Origin: an uncultured Myxococcales bacterium
GTDB lineage: Bacteria > Myxococcota > B64-G9
Assembly (NCBI GenBank): GCA_964561025.1
Contig: CAZLNM010000002.1
Location: 43,235-107,234, forward strand
Reading direction: 5' to 3'
DNA: 64,000 nt
Position numbers and translations under genes: made by a program. Positions 57,024 through 64,000 of the stretch are shown here, one piece after another. The notes under the pieces were generated by a model, which was not told the DNA's origin, searched no databases, and was given only the letters and a program-made list of their open reading frames with translations. Positions within the stretch are counted from its first letter, which is position 1. Every line of letters starts with the position of its first letter.

Positions 57024-58453
57024 ACCCGTTCCCCGCCGCCGGCGGCCGCGATCTGTCCTCGGCGCTGCAGCGCAACTTCTCGCTGTCGGAGCTGCTGGAC
57101 GTGGCGGTGTTCCGCGAGGTGTGCGAGTCCTACGCCGACCTGTTCCAGATCGGCTTCCGCATCCTGGACCGGGCGGGGGAGAAGCTCATCGACACCAAGG
57201 GCGAGTCCGCCGACTACTGCGCCTACCTGTTCAACTTCCCCTCCGGCAAGTCGCGCTGCACCGCCGAGGTCACCGCCCTGCGTCAGATGGAGCTGCCCGG
57301 CGCCCAGCCGGTGGTGCACGATTGTTTCACCGGCCTGCGCTACCTGATCATGCCCATCCTGTACGAGGGCGATCTGATGGGCCGCATCCTGTACGGGCCC
57401 TACCTGCCGGCCGAGGGCCGGCCGCTGGCCCTCACCCCCGAGGCGATGGGGGAGAAGTTCAACCCGGACATCGCGGCCCGGCTGCTGCTCCGGGTACGGC
57501 GGGTCCCCCAGGCGGCGGCGCAGAAGGTGGTGCGGCACCTGGCGCAGGTGATCGAGGTGATGTTGCACACCGGCTACAAGCAGGCGCTCACCTCGCGCAT
57601 GCACGTGGAGGCGGTCAGCGCCAGCTTCAACGAGCTGCAGGACAAGAACCGCGTGCTGCAGGAGTCCTTCGAGCGGCTCAAGGAGCTGGACCGGCTCAAG
57701 TCCAGCTTCCTGGCCACCGTGTCGCACGAGCTGCGCACGCCGTTGACCTCGGTGATCGGTTACAGCGAGATGCTGCTGGAGGGGCTGGCCGGCGCCCTGT
57801 CGCAGGAGCAGACCGACTACGTGCGCACCATCATGGAGAAGGGCGAGAACCTGCTCTCGCTCATCACCAGCATCCTGGACTTCTCCAAGGTCGAGTCCGG
57901 CAACCTGCGCCTGAACCTGGCGAGCTGCAACCTGGGCGAGATCGTGCGGGCCGCGGCCACCACCGTGCTCCCCATGGCCCGCAAGCAATCCGTCGAGGTG
58001 GTGTTGAAGGTGGGCGAGAACCTGCCCTCGCTGGTGGCGGACGGCGACAAGATCCGCCAGGTGCTGGTGAACCTCCTGGGCAACGCGGTCAAGTTCAACC
58101 GCAAGGGCGGGCGGGTGGAGCTGGAGATCGTCAGCGCCCGCCTGCCGCGGCGCCAGCCGACGGGCGCCGACGGTCTGCCCGAGGCGCTGGCCCAGACCGA
58201 GGAACCCGTGGTGCTGGTCACCGTCCGCGACACCGGCATCGGCATCCCGCAGGACAAGCTGCATCGCGTCTTCGACTCGTTCTACCAGGTGGACGGCTCC
58301 TCGACCCGGGAGTACGGGGGCACCGGCCTGGGCCTGGCCATCGCCAAGAGCTTCGTGGAGGCCCACGGGGGCACCATCCAGGTGGAGAGCGAGGTGGGCA
58401 AGGGCAGCGTGTTCCGCTTCGTGCTCCCGGTGGAGCGTCCGACCCAGGGGTGA
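57020..58453 (+). CDS. Cytoplasmic histidine kinase with N-terminal PocR-like sensory domain
   Basis: The ATG overlaps the GTPase TGA (ATGA). PocR-like Cys pattern (ADYCAYLF...KSRCTAEV...HDCFTGLRYLIMPILYEGDLMG). H-box VSHELRTPLTSVIG. HATPase_c (NLLGNAVKFN, DTGIGI, GTGLGLAIA). Confidence 0.8.
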   Translation: MNPFPAAGGRDLSSALQRNFSLSELLDVAVFREVCESYADLFQIGFRILDRAGEKLIDTKGESADYCAYLFNFPSGKSRCTAEVTALRQMELPGAQPVVHDCFTGLRYLIMPILYEGDLMGRILYGPYLPAEGRPLALTPEAMGEKFNPDIAARLLLRVRRVPQAAAQKVVRHLAQVIEVMLHTGYKQALTSRMHVEAVSASFNELQDKNRVLQESFERLKELDRLKSSFLATVSHELRTPLTSVIGYSEMLLEGLAGALSQEQTDYVRTIMEKGENLLSLITSILDFSKVESGNLRLNLASCNLGEIVRAAATTVLPMARKQSVEVVLKVGENLPSLVADGDKIRQVLVNLLGNAVKFNRKGGRVELEIVSARLPRRQPTGADGLPEALAQTEEPVVLVTVRDTGIGIPQDKLHRVFDSFYQVDGSSTREYGGTGLGLAIAKSFVEAHGGTIQVESEVGKGSVFRFVLPVERPTQG

Positions 58454-58456
58454 GGC

Positions 58457-58831
58457 ATGCCAGACAAGAAACGCATTCTGGTGGTGGACGACGACGCGGA
58501 CATCGTGCTCATGATCCAGCGCATCCTGGAGAAGTCCGGCTTCGAGGTGGCGCGCACCACCGAGGGGGCCGAGGCCATCCGCATGATCGAGCAGGAGAGC
58601 TATGACCTCATCCTGCTGGACATCATGATGCCCGGCATCGACGGTTTCGAGGTGGCCCGCAGCGTGCGGCGCAACGAGAAGGGGGTGCGGCCCCCGGTGG
58701 TATTCGTCACCGCGCGGGACGACTCCGAGTCCATGCGCGAGGGGTTCCGCTCCGGCGGAACGGTATTCTTGGCCAAGCCGTTCACCGCCAGCCAGCTGCT
58801 GCGCATCGTCAACGCCATGCTCAACCGCTGA
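58457..58831 (+). CDS. Stand-alone response regulator receiver
   Basis: ILVVDDDADI, ILLDIMMPGIDG, FVTA, and AKPF. 3 nt after the kinase stop. Confidence 0.9.
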   Translation: MPDKKRILVVDDDADIVLMIQRILEKSGFEVARTTEGAEAIRMIEQESYDLILLDIMMPGIDGFEVARSVRRNEKGVRPPVVFVTARDDSESMREGFRSGGTVFLAKPFTASQLLRIVNAMLNR

Positions 58832-58894
58832 TGAGCGGGCCCGCCGCGTTCGGGAAAGGAGAGCGCCCTGACCGTCCTTTCGCTGCTCCCGTGG

Positions 58895-59992
58895 TTGCTC
58901 CCCGGCCCGCTCCTGGGCGCGCTGTTGTGCCTGTGGCTGGTGCCGGGCGAGGGGGCCGCATCGGCCGCGGTGCTGTGCGGGCTGCTGCTGCTGGCCATGG
59001 GTGTGCTGGCCGCCGTGGTGGACCTCGCGCGGCGGCGCCGGGTGCGGGAAGTGGCGCGGCTGCGGGAGGCCTCCGCGCGCACGGGCCGCGAGGCGAGCGA
59101 GGGATGCGAGCGGCTGAACGAGCTGGCGCGGCGGGCGAACGCCTCCGCCGGGGAGATCGCCACGGGCCTGGAGCGCGTCACCGGCGGCGCGGAGCTGGAG
59201 GGCGACCTGGTGCGCAAGGCCTCCACCCTGGTGGCCGAGGTGGCCCGCAGCATGTCGCACACCTCGCGCGCGGCCGAGGACGCGGCCCGCTCTTCGGCCG
59301 AGGCCAGCCGGGTGGCCCTGTCCGGCGGCCAGCTGGCCACCACCGCGCTCGACAAGATGCGAGGCGTGTTCGAGCAGGTGGAAAAGACCGCGCGCCGCAT
59401 GGTCGAGTTCGGCGAGCGCACCCAGGAGATCGGGGCCATCGTGCGGGTGATCACCGAGGTGGCCCAGCAGACTCACCTGCTGGCCATCAACGCCACCATC
59501 GAGGCGGCCCGGGCCGGCGAGGCCGGGCGGGGTTTCGCGGTGGTGGCCGAGGAGATCCGCCACCTGGCCGAGAACACCTCGCGCTCGGCGGAGCGCATCG
59601 CCCGCATCGTCGAGGAGGTGGCCCAGGGGAGCGCCGAGGCCGTCACCGCCGCCCAGGTCAGCACGCGGCAGCTGGGCGAGGGCCGCGATCAGCTGAACGC
59701 CATCGCGGACTCACTGCGGAACATCGTGGCCGCGGTGACCGCCGGCAGCGACCGGGTGCAGATCATCAACCGGCTGGCGCAGGAGCAGATGGCGGGCGCC
59801 GAGCAGACCATCAAGGCCTTCGAGAACCTCTCCCAGGTGGCCGGCCAGAACCTCTCCGCCTCGGGGGCGGTGTTGCAGGCGGTCGAGGCGCAGAGCGAAA
59901 ACTTGTTCGAGATCACGCGCCAGGCGGAGACGTTGCAACGGCTGGCCGGGGCGCTGGCGGCCGCGAAGGACGCGGAGGGAGGAAGCCGGTGA
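58895..59992 (+). CDS. Short methyl-accepting chemotaxis protein (two TM helices, no periplasmic domain)
   Basis: Signalling hairpin [45 protein letters not shown]. Start is uncertain: TTG 58895 is the first classical start, while an in-frame CTG at 58868 has AAGGAG 6 nt upstream. Confidence 0.8.
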   Translation: MLPGPLLGALLCLWLVPGEGAASAAVLCGLLLLAMGVLAAVVDLARRRRVREVARLREASARTGREASEGCERLNELARRANASAGEIATGLERVTGGAELEGDLVRKASTLVAEVARSMSHTSRAAEDAARSSAEASRVALSGGQLATTALDKMRGVFEQVEKTARRMVEFGERTQEIGAIVRVITEVAQQTHLLAINATIEAARAGEAGRGFAVVAEEIRHLAENTSRSAERIARIVEEVAQGSAEAVTAAQVSTRQLGEGRDQLNAIADSLRNIVAAVTAGSDRVQIINRLAQEQMAGAEQTIKAFENLSQVAGQNLSASGAVLQAVEAQSENLFEITRQAETLQRLAGALAAAKDAEGGSR

Positions 59993-60408
59993 CGGATTCC
60001 GGTTCGAGCGAGGCGCGGCCCGCGGATCGGGTGCTGATCTTCCGTCTGGGCGGGGGACGCTTCGGCATTCGGCTCGCCGAGGTGGGCGAGGTGCTGCGGC
60101 TGGACCGGGCGCCGCTTCCGGTGCCGGGGGCGCCCGCGTGGCTGGCCGGCATCCTCAACCACCACGGGCACGTGGTGCCGGTGCTGCGCCTGGACGGCGT
60201 CCTGGGCGTGGCGCCCTCCACCGGCGAACAGGCCATCCACGTCGATCTGGGTGGTGAGCCCGCCGCCCTGCTGGTGGACGGGGTGGACTGCCTGGAGAGC
60301 GTGCGGCCCGAGGGGCCGAACCTGCAGGGCCGGCAGCGCGCCTGGCACGGCGATCGGCTGCTCGAGCTGCTGACGGTTCCCGAGCTGTTGCGGGCGGCGG
60401 GCGTTTGA
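59989..60408 (+). CDS. cheW: CheW-like coupling protein
   Basis: GTG 59989 overlaps the MCP TGA (GTGA). [22 protein letters not shown]...[15 protein letters not shown]. Confidence 0.8.
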   Translation: MTDSGSSEARPADRVLIFRLGGGRFGIRLAEVGEVLRLDRAPLPVPGAPAWLAGILNHHGHVVPVLRLDGVLGVAPSTGEQAIHVDLGGEPAALLVDGVDCLESVRPEGPNLQGRQRAWHGDRLLELLTVPELLRAAGV

Positions 60409-60454
60409 CTCGGGCGCGGGCCGGAGGATACACTGGCGCCGCAAGGAGGGCACC

Positions 60455-60826
60455 ATGGCCAGCCGGGTGATGATCGTGGACGACGCGGTTTTCATGCGCA
60501 ACACCCTCAAGGAGATCTTCCAGGGCGCCGGGTACGAGATCGCCGGCGAGGCCGCCAACGGCGTGGAGGCGGTGGAGAAATACCAGGAGCTTAGGCCCGA
60601 CCTCATCTCCATGGACATCGTCATGCCCTTCAAGAACGGCATCGAGGCCACCCGCGAGATCCGCAAGGCCGATCCTCGGGCCGTGGTGATCATCTGCAGC
60701 GCCCTGGGGCAGGAGTCTCTGGTGACCGAGGCCATCGAGGCCGGCGCCACCGACTTCATCGTCAAGCCCTTCCGGCCGGAGAACGTGCTGCAGGTGGTGC
60801 AGAAGGCCCTGGCCGCCCGGGCCTGA
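60455..60826 (+). CDS. cheY: CheY-like response regulator
   Basis: AAGGAGGG SD. VMIVDDAVFMR, ISMDIVMPFKNG, ICSALG, and FIVKPF. Confidence 0.9.
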   Translation: MASRVMIVDDAVFMRNTLKEIFQGAGYEIAGEAANGVEAVEKYQELRPDLISMDIVMPFKNGIEATREIRKADPRAVVIICSALGQESLVTEAIEAGATDFIVKPFRPENVLQVVQKALAARA

Positions 60827-60852
60827 TCCGCCCTCGATCTGGAGTTCGCCTC

Positions 60853-62751
60853 GTGGACATGTCGGCCTACAAGCCGCTCTTTCTGAGCGAGGCCGCCGAA
60901 CACCTCGACAACCTGGAAAAGGATCTGCTGGCGCTCGAGCAGCACCCGGCGGATGCGGAGCGCGTCCACGAGGCCTTTCGCCATCTGCACTCCATCAAGG
61001 GCATGGCCGGCTCCATGGGCTACGGTGCCCTGAGCGCGCTGGCGCACGGGCTGGAGGACCTGCTGGTTCCGTTCCGGCAGGAGAAACGGCCCTTGAACGC
61101 CGAGGTGGTGGAGGTTCTGCTGCGCGGTCTCGACCAGCTGCGCCGGCAGCTCGGTCAGGCGGCGGAGGACCGGGCCATCGAGCCGGTCGGCGAAGGACTG
61201 CTCCAGGCCATCGGCCGTCTCCAGACGCGTGCCACCCCGGCGCGGGAGGCGCCGGAGCCGAAGGCGCCGGAGCCGGAGGCGCTGCGCAGCCTGCAGGTGG
61301 AGGTGGACATCTCGCCCGACAGCCAGCTCCCGGCCGCCCGCGCCTTCCTGGTGTTCCGGCGGCTGCAGGAGGCCGGCCGGGTGGTGCGCTGCACCCCCTC
61401 TCCGGAGGAGCTGCGGCAGGGGATCCTCCCCGGGCGAGTGCTGCGTGTGTGGCTGGAGAGCCGCGAGGGGTTGCCCGAACTCCGGCGCCGCCTGGATCTC
61501 GCCGACGTCGCCGCGGTGCGCTGGCTGCCGGCCGACGAGAAGGCCCCGGCGCCCGCCGCGGCCCCGTCCGCGGCGCCGAATCCATCCGCGGCCGCGCCCA
61601 CTGTCCGGGTGAGCGCCGAGTTGCTGGACTTCTTCGTGGACGCGGTCGGCGAGCTTCTGGCGCAGCGCTCGCACCTCGAGGAGTTGGCCGAGCGCCTGGG
61701 CTCCGGGGAACTCTCGGGCTCGGTGCGGGCCCTGTCCCAGATCGTGCGGCGGTTGCACGACCGGGTCATGGAGGTGCGGCTGGTGCCGGTGTCTCTGCTC
61801 ACCGATCGACTGCCGCGGGTGTGCCGGGACATCGCGGGGAGCCGGGGCAAGAAGGTGCGTTTCGCCATCGAGGGCCACGAGGTGCCCATCGATCGGGCCC
61901 TGGTGGAGGCACTGGACACGCCGCTCTTGCACCTCTTGCGCAACGCGCTGGACCACGGGATCGAGCCGCCCGAGGAGCGGCGCGCGCGCGGCAAGCCAGA
62001 GGAGGGCTCGCTGCGCATCGCGGTGCGCCGGCGCCACGATCGAGTGCTGATGGAGGTGAGCGACGACGGGCGCGGCATCGATCCGGCCCGGGTGTTGGAG
62101 CGCGCCCGCTCCCTGGGCCTGGTGCCCCCGGGCGAGCCGCTCGATGCGGCTGGAGCGCTGGAGCTCGTCTTCGCGCCGGGGTTCAGCACGCGCGAGGGGG
62201 CCGGCGAGGTCTCTGGCCGCGGCGTCGGGTTGGACGTGGTGCGCACCACCCTGACCCGGCTGGGTGGACGGGTGTCGGTCCAGTCGCGGCCCGGGGAGGG
62301 GACGACCTTCGTGCTCGATCTGCCGCTCACCCTGGCCGTGCTCCAGGTGCTGCTGGTGGAGAGCGCGGGCCGGCTGTTGGCCCTGCCCGCCTCGCGGGTG
62401 CTGCGGGTGTTGCCGCTCCGGCCGGAGAATGTCGCGGTGCGTATGCGGGAGTCGCGGCTCGGCGAGCCCGGCGCGGATTTCGCCTATGGGGATCTTTCGG
62501 CGCTTCTGCGGGAGCCGTCCGGCGAGGTGTCGCGGGAGGCGGTGGTGATCGGTGACGGCGAGCAAGGCCGGCTGGCGCTGGGCGTGCATCGGGTGGCGGG
62601 CCACCGGGAGGTGGTGCAGAAACCGCCCGGCAGCCTGCTTAGGCGCGCCGGGCCATTCGCCGGGACCACCGTGCTGGGGGACGGCCGGCCGGTGCTCATC
62701 CTGGATCTGGATCAGCTCATGGAGCGGTTCGCCACCCGAGGAGGAGCATGA
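60853..62751 (+). CDS. cheA: Chemotaxis histidine kinase CheA
   Basis: Hpt FRHLHSIKGMAGSMG. N box LLHLLRNALDHGIE, G1 DDGRGID, G2 GRGVGLDVV. C-terminal CheW-like P5 domain. No obvious P2 domain. Confidence 0.9.
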   Translation: MDMSAYKPLFLSEAAEHLDNLEKDLLALEQHPADAERVHEAFRHLHSIKGMAGSMGYGALSALAHGLEDLLVPFRQEKRPLNAEVVEVLLRGLDQLRRQLGQAAEDRAIEPVGEGLLQAIGRLQTRATPAREAPEPKAPEPEALRSLQVEVDISPDSQLPAARAFLVFRRLQEAGRVVRCTPSPEELRQGILPGRVLRVWLESREGLPELRRRLDLADVAAVRWLPADEKAPAPAAAPSAAPNPSAAAPTVRVSAELLDFFVDAVGELLAQRSHLEELAERLGSGELSGSVRALSQIVRRLHDRVMEVRLVPVSLLTDRLPRVCRDIAGSRGKKVRFAIEGHEVPIDRALVEALDTPLLHLLRNALDHGIEPPEERRARGKPEEGSLRIAVRRRHDRVLMEVSDDGRGIDPARVLERARSLGLVPPGEPLDAAGALELVFAPGFSTREGAGEVSGRGVGLDVVRTTLTRLGGRVSVQSRPGEGTTFVLDLPLTLAVLQVLLVESAGRLLALPASRVLRVLPLRPENVAVRMRESRLGEPGADFAYGDLSALLREPSGEVSREAVVIGDGEQGRLALGVHRVAGHREVVQKPPGSLLRRAGPFAGTTVLGDGRPVLILDLDQLMERFATRGGA

Positions 62752-63515
62752 TGCGGCCCGAGGCGATCCGACAACTGCTGGCCGAGGTCGCCGCCGGCCG
62801 CCTGACGCCGGAGCAGGCGCAGGAGCGCCTGGCGCTGCTCCCCTTCGAGGACCTGGGGTTCGCCCGGGTGGACCACCACCGCGCGCTGCGCGGGGGATTC
62901 CCCGAGGTGATCTTCGGCCAGGGAAAGACCGTCGAGCAGATCCTGGCCATCGCCGAGCGCATCGTGGCCCAGGGGGGGCCGCTGCTGGCCACCCGCTTGT
63001 CCCCCGAGGCCGCGCGAAGCCTCGTAGAGCGTTTTCCCCAGGGAAAGTTCCACCCCGCTTCTCGCGCCTTCGCCTTCGCGCCGCGACCCGTCGAGACCGT
63101 CGGGGCGGGCATGATCTTGATCGTGGCCGCCGGCACCGGCGATCTGCCGGTGGCCGAGGAAGCCGCCGTGACGGCCGAGCTGATGGGACAACAGGTGGAG
63201 CGGCTGAACGACGTGGGCGTGGCCGGCCTGCACCGGCTGCTCTCCGCCACCGAGCAGCTGCGGCGGGCCGCGGTGATAGTGGTGGTGGCCGGGATGGAAG
63301 GAGCCCTGCCGTCGGTGGTGGCCGGCCTCACCAGTTGCCCGGTGATCGCCGTACCCACCAGCGTGGGTTATGGCACCGGGCTGGGCGGGTTCGCCGCCCT
63401 CCTTTCCATGTTGAACGCCTGCGCTCCGGGGGTGTTGGTGGTCAACATCGACAACGGTTTCGGCGCGGGCTTCGCGGCCTCCCTGGTCAACCGGCGGCGG
63501 GAGGAGGCGGGATGA
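62748..63515 (+). CDS. larB: Nickel-pincer cofactor biosynthesis protein LarB (PurE/AIR-carboxylase-like)
   Basis: The ATG overlaps the cheA TGA (ATGA). DLGFARVDHHRALRGGFPEVIFGQGKT, VAAGTGDLPVAEEA, VAGMEGALPSVVAGL, and VIAVPTSVGYG. Confidence 0.8.
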   Translation: MMRPEAIRQLLAEVAAGRLTPEQAQERLALLPFEDLGFARVDHHRALRGGFPEVIFGQGKTVEQILAIAERIVAQGGPLLATRLSPEAARSLVERFPQGKFHPASRAFAFAPRPVETVGAGMILIVAAGTGDLPVAEEAAVTAELMGQQVERLNDVGVAGLHRLLSATEQLRRAAVIVVVAGMEGALPSVVAGLTSCPVIAVPTSVGYGTGLGGFAALLSMLNACAPGVLVVNIDNGFGAGFAASLVNRRREEAG

Positions 63516-64000
63516 GGACGCTGCACCTCGACATGATCTCCGGCATCGCCGGCGACATGATGCTGGGCGCCCTGGTGCAGCTCGGCTTCCCCCTGGAGCG
63601 CCTGCGGCAGGCGCTCGACGCCATGGGACTCGGCGGCATCGGCGTGCGGGTCGAGCCGGCCGCGCCCAGCGGCGTATCGGCCCTGCGCTTTTCGGTGGAC
63701 GCGCCTGGCGAGGAGACCGCCGAGCGCTCCTGGGCCGACATCCGCCGCCTGCTGTCGTCCGCCGGACTGCCGCCCGGCGCGCGAGAGCGGGCCGAGGCCA
63801 TGTTCGCGCGCCTGGCCGAGGCCGAGGCGCGGGTGCACGGCACCACCCCCGAGCGGATCCATTTTCACGAGGTGGGTGCCGCCGACTCCATCGCTGACAT
63901 CGTCGGCTGCGCCCTGGCGCTGGACGCGCTTGGACCGGAGATCATCAGCGCCTCGACCCCCGTGGTCGGGCGGGGAACGGTTCAGAGCCGCCACGGGGTG
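63512..64000 (+). CDS. larC: Nickel insertion protein LarC (5' part; runs off the window end)
   Basis: The ATG overlaps the larB TGA (ATGA) and follows GGAGGAGG. MRTLHLDMISGIAGDMMLGALVQLG and HFHEVGAADSIADIVG. Open to the last base of the window. Confidence 0.8.
   Translation, partial: MRTLHLDMISGIAGDMMLGALVQLGFPLERLRQALDAMGLGGIGVRVEPAAPSGVSALRFSVDAPGEETAERSWADIRRLLSSAGLPPGARERAEAMFARLAEAEARVHGTTPERIHFHEVGAADSIADIVGCALALDALGPEIISASTPVVGRGTVQSRHGV

Overview
A roughly 70% GC chromosomal segment with no rRNA, tRNA, CRISPR array, transposase or integrase that I could recognise. The gene content points to a Myxococcota-like deltaproteobacterium: Cys-rich lipoproteins, an AgmX/PglI-type protein, an MglA-family GTPase, FHA and TPR proteins, and many hybrid histidine kinases. 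That taxonomic call is inference only.

I support about 50 protein genes. Starts were refined from the ORF track using SD motifs and 4-nt ATGA/GTGA stop-start overlaps.

- **Housekeeping:** tag, a glnA-like gene, eno, coaBC, purSL (with an apparent frameshift), purQ, rplM-rpsI and apgM.
- **Envelope:** numerous lipoproteins, two outer-membrane beta-barrels, and an AgmX/PglI-lipoprotein-OMP trio.
- **CotH operon:** CotH / small TM protein / VTC / DUF4956.
- **Pilin fusion:** an orphan Flp-prepilin-like fusion protein.
- **Signalling:** three membrane hybrid kinases plus a His-less paralogue.
- **Main cassette (56.3-62.8 kb):** MglA-like GTPase, PocR histidine kinase, receiver, MCP, CheW, CheY and CheA, running directly into larB-larC.

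Most long ORFs on the opposite strand or in alternative frames are high-GC artefacts (Arg/Pro/Gly/Ala-rich) and are not reported. All functional calls rest on motif recognition by eye. No database search was run.
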